Below are positions 24,272-36,830 of a stretch of DNA of 44,788 bases, one piece after another (within the stretch, counting starts at the first letter, position 1; each line of letters starts with the position of its first letter). The notes beneath the pieces are model-generated. The model was not told the origin of the DNA. It did not search any database and saw only the letters and a program-made list of their open reading frames with translations. The position numbers were made by a program, and so were the translations under genes. Source of the DNA: Octopus bimaculoides (lineage: Eukaryota); the NCBI RefSeq assembly GCF_001194135.2, contig NC_068981.1, forward strand, positions 91,598,440 to 91,643,227. Reading direction: 5' to 3'.

Positions 24272-24370
24272 TTTCATAAAGTACGTACCATTTGAGCACT
24301 GGGGTATATGTAATCGAATTACTCCCAGCTCCGAACTTGTTGGCTTCATGCCAACATTTAAAATCAATAT
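24272..24370 (+). mobile_element. SINE family A 3' fragment
   Basis: ataaagtacgtaccatttgagcactggggtatatgtaatcgaattactccc..ggcttcatgccaac resembles the 3' half of 29421-29635. Confidence 0.55.
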
Positions 24371-24513
24371 TAGTTAAACGTTTTTGAATCTTGTCATTTA
24401 TATACAATATAATATACATTATTTTGTTATGGGAAAGGGTTTGCTCTCTTAACCGCCGACCAAAGGATGCGGCCTTTAATTTATATTTTTGGCAGTCGAG
24501 TTTTCCTATCAAT

Positions 24514-24621
24514 CTCCTTCCTCTCTCTCCCCTCCTTCCTCTCTCTCCCCTCCTTACTCTCTCTCTCCTCCTTACTCTCTCTACCCTCCTTACTCTCTCT
24601 CTCCTCCTTACACTCTCTCAC
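24514..24621. repeat. 18-bp polypyrimidine minisatellite, six units, grading into (CT)n
   Basis: Units start at 24514, 24532, 24550, 24568, 24586 and 24604; units 1-2 begin ctccttcc and units 3-6 begin ctccttac. Confidence 0.93.
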
Positions 24622-25126
24622 TCTCTCTTTTCCCTCCTCCTTTCTCACTCTCTCTCTCATTCTCTCTCTCTCTCTCTCTCTCACTTACGCTCTTAGTTTG
24701 TGTATATTTATCTGTAAAATCCATTAGTAAGATTTTGCTCTGCGGATGTCAAATTCACACTTCTATTCAGTCGATTCCGCTGAATAAGTTTATATCTAGA
24801 ACAAGTTGCATTGTTTATTGCTCAATTATTTTGTTAGGGTTTCACATGACGCCACTATACAGAGATACGAAATCTCGAACAAACATACAGCGGCACATAA
24901 TAATTTAAATTAAGTTCCATGCGACAGAAGTGATACACTCCGCATAATTATACAGAAATGACAATGATTAAGTCGAGTAATATTTGGGCAAGTGAAAATC
25001 GCAGGTATCATTACAAAATAGGATTTTTCTAAGGTTTCGGATGTATTTATGATCCATGGACACGTTTCAGGCTCTCTTCCTCTGAAAACACAACCTTAAT
25101 ATGTGTGTGTTTGTTTCCGTATACAT

Positions 25127-25210
<84 letters not shown>

Positions 25211-25620
25211 GGGCGTGTGTTTGTGTATGTGTATGTATGCGCTAGTGTATGGAATGTGCATGCTTGTAACAGTATTATGATGAGCCACACTTGATGAAAT
25301 TGACGGATATTTGCCGAAGTCTGTAACATAAGAAAGGATATATATATATATATATACATATATACATATAAATTCAGAAGAGTGGTACAACAAGGCACCA
25401 ATATGNNNNNNNNNNNNNNNNNNNNNNNNNNNNNNNNNNNNNNNNNNNNNNNNNNNNNNNNNNNNNNNNNNNNNNNNNNNNNNNNNNNNNNNNNNNNNNN
25501 NNNNNNNNNNNNNNNNNNNNNNNNNNNNNNNNNNNNNNNNNNNNNNNNNNNNNNNNNNNNNNNNNNNNNNNNNNNNNNNNNNNNNNNNNNNNNNNNNNNT
25601 ATATATATATATATATATAT

Positions 25621-25850
25621 ATGCACAGAAGTGGCTGTGTGGTAAGTACCTTGCTTACGAACCACATGGTTCCAGGTTAAGTCACACTGCGTGACATTTT
25701 GGGCGAGTGTCTTCTGCTATGGCCTCGGGCCAACCAAAGCCTTGTGAGTGGATTTGGTAGACGAAAACTGAAAGAAGTCGATTTGTTTGACTAAAGGCGG
25801 TGCTCTAGCATCGCCGCAGTCAAGTTACTGGAACAAGTAAAAGAATAAAG
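25621..25850 (+). mobile_element. SINE family B with internal deletion
   Basis: Head gtggctgtgtggtaag, body ccttgtgagtggatttggtagacg, joined at about 25777 (aaagaag|tcgatttg) directly to the tail ctaaaggcggtgctctagcatcgccgcagtc. Confidence 0.92.
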
Positions 25851-25982
25851 CCTGGTGTAAGTCTTTTTTTTTTCTGTAATGCTATCATCAAGCTTCGCTG
25901 TAACTTCTGCCTTGTATATGACAAAGAAGACACCAGGCGTCTTAAAAAATGCTATCTGACATGTTTTCATCGCAAGAAACTA

Positions 25983-26243
25983 ATTATTTTTTTTATTGCA
26001 CCCTGTTAAAGCCTAGCCAGGCTCATGGCCCCGGTTTCCCGGTTTCAATGGCGTATGTGTTCCCCAGCTGGATGGGATGTCAGTCCATCGTAGCGTTACT
26101 CATTTTTGCCAGCTGAGTGGACTGGAGCAAGATGAAATGAAGTGTTTTGCTCAAGAACACAACACGTCACCCGGTCTAGGAATCGAAACCACAATATTAC
26201 CATCATGGTGCTGACACCCTAACCACTAAACCACACGCCTCCG
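25983..26243 (-). mobile_element. SINE family C (tRNA head, V-domain-like core)
   Basis: Reverse complement: A-box tggtttagtggt, B-box ggtttcgattcc, gtgttcttgagcaaaacact, ctccagtccactcagctg, cgatggactgacatcccatccag (similar to the V-SINE core as I recall it), A-rich tail. Confidence 0.85.
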
Positions 26244-27904
26244 CCAAGAAACTAATAGTAGCTCATTAAAATATATATTGTGTTTATTAAGAATATTTAT
26301 CTCTCATTAGATGGAGTACGTTTTTTGTTGATCTTACCATCACGGTATAGTACACTACACACACACACACACGCACACACGCAAGCGCGCGCGCACACAC
26401 ACACACACATACACACACACACACACACGCACACACACACACACACACTTGAAAAATTTAGAATAACAAATAAAATGCAGAAGAAACTGAATGCAGCAAA
26501 AAGAGAACGAATAATATTTAAGAACTTTGAGACAGTGTGATTGAAATTCGATTATTATATAGTTTAATCTGTAACGCGGCTGCCGGTCAAAACTTAGTAC
26601 ACGCGCACTTACTTAAATATGCATACATAGAAACATACATACATATACATGCATAATATTTACATAAATACATTCATACGGACCTCACCGGATCGAAACG
26701 TGCGAGGACCTCACCGGACCGTGCGACCTGCGATGTATAGAATGATTATAGAAAGAGTGCAACCTGCAGTGTATAGATCAATATGAACTGATGATCTGAG
26801 ACTTAATTCTTTTCCTTAATTCTTTTCCAGCTGAATGTCTATTTGAACGCCACACCCCTTTAACTGTATTTCTGTGCATGCTATAAGAATGTGAAATTGC
26901 TGGCAATTAACTTTTGCTTGTAAGTGTAACCCTTTGTCAATATATGTCAAACGTACTCACCACATGTCATATTTGATGGCTGCAGCATCTCATGTGAACT
27001 TAAATATTAAATTAGATTATCCCACCTAATCTACTGCTTGTTATCAACTTTAGTCTTTCATTACAGTTTCCAGCATGTCTATGTCTCGAGATACGTACTT
27101 ATTTTCTGTAATTTGCTGCAGGCAGTCTCATTTATTAAGGTCATATGTCATACTGCCTAATCAAAATTAACGGAATTTCTAGCGAGAAATATTTCACCTT
27201 TTCAATATCAATACATAATGCCTCACATCACTGAGAGCCTTTTGTATATGTTGCCAGTTTTGCTGATTTCTTTTATTATTATAAATTGCATATTTTATCT
27301 GTGTATACTTGTGATTAAGTATAGTAGGCATAATGGGTGGGGTTAATATGTCGGAAGAGACACAGAGAGTGGAAGGAAAGACAAAGAATGAGGAAATTTC
27401 CCGAGCTGTGTATGGTGCTTGAACCATATATGAAAAGAAAATATTTACTTATAGCCATAGTAATTCATGAATTACTAAACGAGATTCTTTAAACATAAAG
27501 TTTAATAATTTTGAATATTTCCTTATAGGAAGTAGATTGATTTTCAAACTGCAGAACATGTTTGTAAAATTAGTTTTAATCATCATCAATCATACAGCTC
27601 TGTCATTCTCCAAACCTCCCTCCCTCATTTTGCTCTCTCTTTCTCTCTCTCTCTACTTCCATTTTAGGCTGTCTGTACACATTACTATGAGATTTTTACA
27701 GCGAAAGGCTTATTTCAGTCTTCATTCTATTCAGTTGATTACCAAATTCACAATGTTGTGAGCTACTTGGATTATTCGTTGGTCAATAAGCTACATTGTA
27801 CTGCACAGGCACTGCACTAAATGAATGGGAAATCCTATTACAGATAACGGAATACAGTATGTTGTAAAATGAAGCAGGTCGTATATGCAACATATGCAAC
27901 AGTA

Positions 27905-28080
27905 TATAAGGTGCGTTCCAAAAGTATCTAACTTTATTTTTTCCTGCAGAATCTAATGCCGCGTGAGAAAAAATATTTGAGTGGGAGCTGAGGTGAAGTT
28001 AATTTTCGCACTGAAAATAAGATAAACTGGCCGATAATAGAATCTGCAGCTCTAATAGTAATCAGTGTCGACAAAAACAA
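27905..28080 (+). mobile_element. Possible mariner-type 5' terminus (TIR-like)
   Basis: tataaggtgcgttccaaaagtatctaacttt (27905-27935) matches the reverse complement of 30937-30967 at 21/31 positions. Confidence 0.4.
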
Positions 28081-28834
28081 ATATTTATTCAAAACTGTTC
28101 ATGCATGTGAATAAGTTTACTGGTTTCGAGCAAAGTAATATGCCTGAGTGAGGTGTATTTTAAATGTTTAGAGAAGTACTGTGAATATTGGTTGTCAATC
28201 ATTACCAGTGCGCCGCATGACGGGCAGAAATGATATTTAGTGAAATGTGTGCCGTTCCCAAGGAGCATTAGTGATACAAGTAACTGCAAAATGATTTGTG
28301 ATAAACATCAAAACTGAACGGAGAATTCACTTTCTACAGAACTCAGATCACAATTAGCGTCGTATTTTTCTCTTTTTCTGTTAGCGGAAATATTGCTATT
28401 ATTTCAGAAGTTAGATGGCCTTCCTACCTAGGACTTATGGCGCATAGAATCTTATAAATGAACGATAGTTCTTTATAATCCACGCCGAAAAAAAGTGATG
28501 TCAATTTATTATAGATTTTAAACTTACAGCTAAATTCGATGTTTTTTTAATTTATTCATAATGATGCATGGCTTATCATCACTGGGTCTTGCATTGTAAA
28601 TATTAGTTTATTGTTGAATGACACATTAAGTCCTTATACTGGGTCATACATTACTATAAAACCAATCAATTCACCAACTGTTTTAGCCATATAAAATTAG
28701 AGAAATGTCTTTAGCTAATATTACAAATATTACGAATGACTTTATAGACTCAGCTTGCAGAAAGTTACCTTATTGCACGTCATTAGTATTCAGCAGTTTT
28801 ATTGTATAATTTGGTGTTATTCGGATAGAAATAT

Positions 28835-29047
28835 CCTTTTTTACTCTAGGCACAAGACCAGAAAGTTTTGAGGAGGGTGCCAGTCGATTGGATCGACTCC
28901 ATTACGCAACTGGTACGTAATTTATCGACCCCGAAAAGATGAAAGACCAAGTCGACCTCAGCAGAATTTGAATTCAGAGCGTAAAGACAGACGAAATACT
29001 GTTAAGCATTTCGCCCGGCCTTCTAATGTTTCAGCCAGCTCACCGCA
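28835..29047 (-). mobile_element. SINE family A, tail type A2
   Basis: Reverse-complement match: cagccagctcaccgc head, gtcgacctcagcagaatttgaattcagagc, tail ctaggcacaagacc. Confidence 0.9.
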
Positions 29048-29420
29048 TTTTTCGGAAAGAAATATTGCTGTGGGAATTTTTCATTGAAACTAAATTTCAC
29101 AAATTATGAAAATACAATTATCCTGAATATATATATAGGTTAAATTTAAACTGTTCGAATGTTATTCATATGTTGTGATAACATGTTCATGTATACTGAT
29201 TTGAAAAATGTTGTTTATAAATGCGCCGAGACTAAAAATATAACGGGTACGGAATAGATTTGACACACAGACCTGGGAGAATAAAAAAAAAAAACCTCTC
29301 GATTTTTCACTCGGAAGATCTTAGCCAAAATTAGTTTTTTAACTGAATATACTCATATCCAAAACGAAAAGGGAAAATAAATTATCAATATCGTTTATAT
29401 GCTAATATGTAACATTTCAA

Positions 29421-29635
29421 GGTGGCGAGCAGGCAGAATCGTTAGGACGTCGGGCTAAATGCTGAGCAACATTTTGCTTGTCTTTAGGTTCGAGTTGAAA
29501 TTCAGCTGAAGTCAACTTTGCGTTTCATTTTTTCAGGGTTGACAAATTTAATACTTGTTGAGTACTGGGGTCGTTGTAATTGACTTTCTCCCTTCCCCCG
29601 GAGCTACTGCGCTTGTGCCAAATTGTAAAACCGAT
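29421..29635 (+). mobile_element. SINE family A, diverged
   Basis: ggtggcgagcaggcagaatcgttaggacgtcgggctaaatgc..gagttgaaattcagc..gtcaactttgcgtttca..gagtactggggtcg..gcttgtgcc. Confidence 0.85.
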
Positions 29636-30299
29636 ATATAACATTTCATGTTTCTTTACTTGGCTGGAATTTTTTCTCACGTTAGCATGCAATTTTAAAT
29701 TCACATAGGAGAGTTAGAGTCGAAAGAATCGTTTTGCAGTCTCTATCTTATTTACACACCAAATAACAAGTCTGTGTTAACACTAAATATCGAATTATAG
29801 ATTCAGTAATTGTTGTATCGGAAATATGAAAGCAATAGTTATTAATACAGTAATAGCTTTAGATAAGCATTCGTACATTTCAGTTTTCCACGAATACAGA
29901 CAAGTCGATAACTGTTAAGACAGCAAAATCAACAAAATGTAGATGGTCTTGAAGCTCAGAAGAGTGCAAGGCAATAACGAATTTCAAAGTTTAAATCCCA
30001 CAACACTTTGGATAATTCTATTTTTAAATTCCATTATGTCGACCATATCGCCATCAATAAAAATTGCAATAAAAAATCAGTACCGAAATCGAATGAATTA
30101 ATTGCATGTATATCGAACAGGGATGGACAAAAACAGTGTGGCGAGTAAAAGTACCTTGCAGTGTTAAGATTTTATTTCTTCTATTACAATATCAACAAAA
30201 TAACATAAAATCGTGGTCACGTCAGTACCCGGCTGTTACGCCTAGAGTACATACGTGTGGTGTACACACGTGTAGTGCATACACGTTGCACGTCAGATT

Positions 30300-30967
30300 T
30301 TCGTTTTTAACGAACATATCGAGCAAAGATATTGCGTCTAGTTTTACTCAAGCTGAAACCATCCAGAAGATTCAACAGGCCTTTGGTGATAATGCCATGG
30401 GCAAACCTCACATCAAGGAGTCGGAGATACTCTTCAAACTTCTTGGTGGGGAGTAAGGCACGTTCAGGCGGGTCATCCACCAGCCGATACAAGGTGAAAG
30501 TTCGGTGAACAGTCTTTGAAGACAATCGTGTAAGTAATCAGGAAATAAACACAGTACCAGTGCATTCCATTTAACTGAGAATTTTGCATGCAGAAAGTGT
30601 CGGTGAAATTCGTCCCCAAGTTACTGGCAGAACACCAGAAACAACTTCATGAGCAAATCGCTCAGGTAATGCTTGACTGAGAAAACTACAACCGTGACTT
30701 AATGAAGAACAATATCACTGGTGTTGACACTTGGTTTATGGTATCTGTTCCATGTGTTGCTTAATCTTGCGTGTAAAGAAAATCTAGCGTGCGCTCACAT
30801 GACGTCTATACTCTAAGCGCAACTACCAGGAACTGAGGCGGCCTACCGGCGCAAAAAATTTTACGCGTACACAGGAGTGTCATCACCTTCTATCCAAAGG
30901 ATTTTGCCAATGCAGAATCAGATTTGGCGGGAAAACAAACTCGGATACTGTTTTAACGGACGTCGTA
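30300..30967 (+). mobile_element. Second mariner family, heavily decayed and internally deleted
   Basis: IEQRYCV..TQAETIQKIQQAFGDNAMGKPHIKE, ARSGRSSTS and KFVPKLL in shifting frames; the catalytic domain is not visible; TIR-like right end aaactcggatactgttttaacggacgtcgta. Confidence 0.75.
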
Positions 30968-31199
30968 TTCAGCTGAAATAAAATAAAATTTAAAATTGAC
31001 GTTCTTGAAAACATGTCTGTTGCAATACCACATGCAGTCATTCTTAACCAACCACAAAAACAGCTTCTGTCAACTGTTTCTCTCTCTCTTTCTCTTTCTC
31101 ACACACCAACTCTCTCTTTCTCTTTATCTTTCCTTCTCTCTCTTTCTCTCTTGCTCTCTCTTCCTTTTTCTCTCATTACTTTACAGCTTGCTTGTTTCA

Positions 31200-31850
31200 A
31201 CCATACGCCAAAACAAGCTTCAATAGAGTTTTTGAATTTACACACTCCAACAAAGAATTCATTTGGCCAAGCATAATCTCCATTTATGCGACCTTCAACA
31301 TCATTAATTCTGCATTTGCAATCGAAAAGCAAGAACAAAAATATTTCAGATTCATGCAAACTTCAACAGTTCTGCATTAGAAATTTAGAGGCAAACTATC
31401 AGATCCTGCATTTGTTATATGAAACGTTCTTCAACCAAAGAGGGAATTCTGGTTTCCCAGCAACTGGCACATTCTACGGTTAGATATGAATGCAAACTTT
31501 CACTGCTATTTCTTGTAATTTTATCACATTTAGAGTGATTCAGTTCTCTCCAGAATCTCTTGATATATACTCCTATACAATAAACTGCATGTAGTTTCAA
31601 TTCATGTTGAAATGCTTTCATTGTTTATACCCTGTAAGATACTTTCTTGCAATGAAAGTGATCTTCCCTTGTCTTACGCATACATCTTGCTTATATAACT
31701 TTGCTCCAATTATATATGTTCAATAGTAAATCACTGCTGTTGTAAACCTCTTGTTAAGCTTGCTCTATGTACCCGTCATGATACATTCATAGTCACCTAT
31801 GTATAAAAATGTATTAGTTCTCACTTTAAGCTTTTCGATTACGAAGCTTT
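31200..31850 (+). mobile_element. Possible ancient hAT (Charlie/Buster-like) transposase relic
   Basis: Weak motifs in the correct order across frames: NRVFEF, WPSIISIYATFN, LILHLQSK..ISD, TFIVTYV*KCISS (compare RVFEL, W..LAYLxDIF, LNLxLQG, FxSTYLCExxFS). Confidence 0.35.
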
Positions 31851-33759
31851 ATCTATAATCTGGCTACTTACTGATATTTACTGAATATATTATTTCTAAG
31901 AAAATATTTCATTTAATGCAAGAGAAATTAGGGTGGGAGTGCTTGTAAGCAATAACTATTCTGATACTTAAATGTCAATATTTAAATAAGAGCCATTGTA
32001 GGAGATCGAATTATTATAAAATATTCTTGTAAAAACCTGACATTTATTATAGATTTTATTTTTCGGGTAAGGAAGACCGGTGAGATTTCTACGAAAGTGA
32101 AGAAATTATTTGGGTTTCACCGAAGTAAAATGGAAACCGAGGAAATGAGTCGTCAAAATGCTAGAACTTAGAAATCTATTTTCATATGGCAGACAAATGA
32201 CATTTGCTCTGCTAGTCATGGAACCAATGAAGACTTTCTATCTATACTATGAACACTTGATATGAATTACTGATATAAATTTACCTTATCGTTGCGATAC
32301 GTGACAGAACACGGTGGTGTAATGGAAAGATTTATACATGCAACCTGTACTAAGGGTTGAAGATTTTTTTCAATATTTTCCCCCAGCAAACAAAATCTTA
32401 GTGCTATTCACTAAGTATATTTCGGTTCAGTCTTACTATGTAAAACAAGAATAAAGCAATGAGACAAAATATTTGGCGCTTTTGCACTGAATCTAAACGA
32501 AACTTGTTGATAATAGAATGGAGTTCAGAAAGTCAGAAGGTAAAACAGTATTAACAAATTATTCACGTTAGTAATTATACTGCAAAGAAATATGTATGAA
32601 GAATGGAAAAAAAAAAACTTTACTCCTAACAGTTCACTTACGTACAATAGAACACTAGTTATAAATTCCTAGTTCTTATATTCTTTAGAAATAGAAAACG
32701 ATTTTAGTTTAGCTATTGATGTATAAGTAGTCTACGTATAGCAAAGTATCAAGTGGAAGATATGGAAGATATGCGAAATGACAGCGAATCTTCATTCAAA
32801 CAGACTTATAACGAAACAACTGAACGGGAGATGTAATATTATATTAATACAGAATGAAAGTCTCAGAGAGAGAATGCAAAATAAAAGAAAATTAGATTCT
32901 CAGACAGAATTGCAGAGAATGAAGGAATATTTGATGTTCAAACTATATCAGGGCTGCATTCAGCTTAATGTACTTAGAGTCTATTATAAGTAGCTGAGGG
33001 TTGAGCACTACGAAGAAATATGACTTCCAAATTTAGTTTCCAAACTTTAATAACAAGCAAAGAATTCATACGTTAGAAAATGTTGACTGCAAGCTCATTA
33101 ATTTTAAATCATATTAACACCCACAGTGTTATTAGCAGGAAGGCAACTTCAAGTGATGGGAAACGGCCAGCAATGCAATTAAATGTATGATTTTCAATGA
33201 TATTATTAGCTTAACCCTTATATATCCTGACTGTACTATATTCTGAACTTACTAGTAACAAGCACAGTGGCGGAGAATATTTTTAGTGGATAAAAACCCT
33301 AAACTCATACAGTCATTCTACAAAAGCTGAGAATGAATTGGGTTAATATTGTCTTCTATTGAGAGGCTTGTCTACAGAGATGAATTATAATAACAATAAC
33401 TTAGTTAAAATAAATGCTGGACAACACGGTAGGAGTACATTCATACATTCGCTGTTTTTCTTTTATTCATCTTCTTTCGCTTATTTGACATTTGAAATTA
33501 AATATTTCAGTCGCATTATTTTATATGTTTTAAAATGTACGAGATTACATTTTTTATTACGTTTTGATTTTAGTTATGATCCACGCAAGATAAAAAAAAG
33601 TATGAGCTTAAAGTTATTTGACATGTGTCATGGAATATTATTGTTTGCTCCACATAGATTTAAAAATTGAATAAGCCACTGAAATAATCTATTTTGTTCT
33701 GTTGCGTCCCTTTTTTGAAAGTGAGAAATACAGTTTATTTCATGTCTTCATGCACAACC

Positions 33760-33760
<1 letters not shown>

Positions 33761-33824
<64 letters not shown>

Positions 33825-33845
33825 CATCTATCTATCTATCCATCC

Positions 33846-33894
<49 letters not shown>

Positions 33895-33944
33895 TATCTA
33901 TCTATCTTCTATCCTTCTATCTATCTATCTATCTATCTATCTAC

Positions 33945-33982
<38 letters not shown>
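33761..33982. repeat. (TATC)n microsatellite
   Basis: Directly visible, a few interruptions. Confidence 0.98.
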
Positions 33983-34298
33983 GCGGACCTGTCTGTCTGT
34001 TTGTCTGTTTCTTTGTCTCTAAAAATCTGTTTATACACACACACGGGGATGAATGTCTGTGAGAGTGCGTGTGTCAGTACCTGTGTAAGCGTGTTTGTAT
34101 GTGTACGTGTGAATAGACCGATAAACGCACTACGTACACACATACATATACACCTTTGACTAATTGAAGATGTGTCCACTTCATAGTGTCACTCGATTTC
34201 AATTATACCCAGTTTAAACGATGCAGCAAATTTATAAACAAACGCACATATATATATATATATATACATACACATATGTGTGTATATATAAATGTATG

Positions 34299-34375
<77 letters not shown>

Positions 34376-34777
34376 TTACTCTTTTACTCTTTTACTTGTT
34401 TCAGTCATTTGACTGTGGCTATGCTGGAGCACCGCCTTTAGTTGAGCAAATCGACCCCAGGACTTATTCTTTGCAAGCCTAGTACTTATTCTATCGGGCA
34501 CTTTTTGCCGAGCCGCTAAGTTACGGGACGTAAACACACAACCATCGGTTGCCAAGCGATGGTGGGGGGACAAACACAGACACACAAACACACACACACA
34601 TATATATATATACACATATATACGACGGGCTTCTTTCAGTTTCCGTCGACTAAATCCACTCACAAGGGTTTGGTCGGCCCGAGGCTATAGTAGAAGACAC
34701 TTGCCCAAGGTACCACGCAGTGGGACTGAACCCGGAACCATGTTGTTGGTAAGCAAGCTACTTACCACAGAGCAACT
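34376..34777 (-). mobile_element. SINE family B, essentially full length (possibly a CORE-type octopus SINE)
   Basis: Reverse complement: tRNA-like head with B-box ggttcagtccc, ccttgggcaagtgtc segment, internal (TA)/(TG) tract, ctggggtcgat module, tail ggcggtgctccagc..cagtcaaatgactgaaac, terminal (aaaagagt)n. Confidence 0.93.
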
Positions 34778-35629
34778 ATAATTATTCATAGTTCTTGCTT
34801 TGTTTCGTAAGTTGGCTTAAAGATAATTATTCATTCCTCTACTTGTCACTGATTCAGCAGCAGTTGGTTTAGTTTTTATTGAATAGCTAGTTTTTTCAAT
34901 GCGCCATTGTCTGAGAAGCAGGTGCAGTAATGCGTTTATTAACTCAATCTATAATTCTATATTTTTACTAATATCAAGGTCTTTGCTACAGCCTTCAGTA
35001 CTAACGTCGGCAAAGCTCAATTCTTTATGATTTGCGTGTTTTCGCTTTCGCTAGTGGGAAACACTCAATGTACAGCTTCATTTCTTGATGATTTTGCTAC
35101 AATACTTGTAAAGTAATCATTGGCAAATATGGGCATTGCTTGTTAACTGGTCAGATGGTATTCCTCTATCTGTCAAGACATAGATTAGTTCTAACTCTAA
35201 CAACCACCAGATAAGATTGTGAGTACTCAGATATGCAAGTTTTCAATTGCAGAGTAGTGTTAAACAAACTATTTTTGTTGTCGAAAAAGTTCGATCTACA
35301 TTTAAAGATACGTGTATTGATGAATCTGATAAGCACCAGGGAACTACCATGTATCACACTCTCAGTTTTAGATATTCATTTCTGTTCAGTTGAAGTCGAT
35401 GACAAAGATGAATGGTTTGCTTGCTGCAAAGGAACGTCGGTTGTAAGCTTGCTTTTTCCAAATGAACTTCGTAGATGTTTTGTTAAGTAGAGGTGTCCTA
35501 TGTAAGTAACAAGCATTTGAGTTTGTTGTATGCAGTTGATACCCTGGGAAGAGTTTCAAGAGTCACTCATTTCTCATTGATGAGGATAAAATTCTTCCTG
35601 CATTAGTGAAGGGTTTCTTTCGATTGTAG

Positions 35630-35763
35630 CTGACCGTATGCTTTTTCATTTGGACTGCTGTTCCCCATGGCGCAGTCCTAGGAAGGAACTGATTTGGTGG
35701 GATGAGCAGGAGGAAACATTGAGTTGCACGCTCACGAAAGTCTACCTTCACTATGTCATCAAG
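35630..35763 (+). other. Candidate internal exon (unverified)
   Basis: Acceptor tttctttcgattgtag|c and donor aag|gtaaat; only one frame is open (DRMLFHLDCCSPWRSPRKELIWWDEQEETLSCTLTKVYLHYVIK); higher GC than the flanks. No recognisable protein. Confidence 0.2.
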
Positions 35764-36642
35764 GTAAATGCAAAACCGATGCAGCTTGGTAACAGTGTTA
35801 TCTCAGGTGGTGCCCTCAGAACATAATGAGCCGGAATAGATGTTCTAATAATTGCTCTAATCCAACCAGTATTGGTAAGTTTTATTGAATTCAAAATGAT
35901 GAAAAGCGCAGCTGATATCGGCTGCATTTAAAGTAAAAGTACAGAATATCAGAATAAATACACGGAACAGTCTCTCCTTCTTTAATAAGTAGATGTTGAT
36001 AAATTTTGCCTGATATATAGCAGTGTTTCGTTGAGTTCGGATTAAAACTACGTCTTTACAACTTGGTTAAACCGGTTGCCTATGGTTATTTGTTTTTAAC
36101 AACGTATATATTGAGTCGTTAAATACAAATATATTATCATAACGACGAAATAAAAATTTAGTGGGTTGGGTTACTGGAAATGTTAGAGTCAAGAATCATG
36201 CTTCGTTATATTTACTTTACCACTGTGCATTTTGAATTTTTGAGTCTACGTTTATTTCAATACTAAATACAGTCATTGGTTGCTTCTAACAGTATCACCT
36301 TGTGGCGAGGTTTCACCCTAAATAGAGAAGATTGAGATAAATTAATTTTAAAATGCAATACTGATTCTGCATGCTCTTTGTGAATTAAATATATTTTTGT
36401 CACTTTTCTCATGTAAAGAAAGCTTTAGAAAAGAATGTACATGTGAATGTCATACAATTTCATTTTAGTTCCTCAGCATCTGTGAGATAGTAGACAGAAG
36501 TGAGAAAAATGTTATATGATAGGTTACCGATTTGACTGAATGGCTCGTTTTAATATGGTATTACTCAGTCTAGAAAATATCACAGGAATATTGAAATTCA
36601 ACGAAGATAATTATCTTGACATGATTAAAACTATAAGCTTAT

Positions 36643-36830
36643 TGCGAAAATGCTTAGCGGCATTTCGTTCTGAATTCAAATACTGCGGGTGGTCGACTTT
36701 GTCTTTCATCCCTTCAGAGCCTACGAAATAAGTACATGTTGAGCACTGCAGTAGACGTAATCAACTAGCCAAACTTCTGCAAAAATTTCAAAACTTGTGC
36801 CTATAATTGAAAGGTTTATTATTATTATTA
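36643..36830 (+). mobile_element. SINE family A, 5'-truncated, tail type A2
   Basis: aaatgcttagcggcatttcgttctgaattcaaat..ggtcgactttgtctttcatc..aaataagtac..cttgtgcctataattgaaagg(ttatt)n. Confidence 0.85.

Noticed and set aside
26575-26605. Helitron-like 3' end (cggctgccg palindrome followed by cttagt)
   Set aside because: Hairpin has a 1-nt loop and the terminus is not CTRR; no 5' end found.
27905-30967. A single 3-kb mariner bounded by TIRs at 27905 and 30967
   Set aside because: Termini match at only 21/31 and the span far exceeds a mariner even after removing two SINEs; more likely two related fragments.
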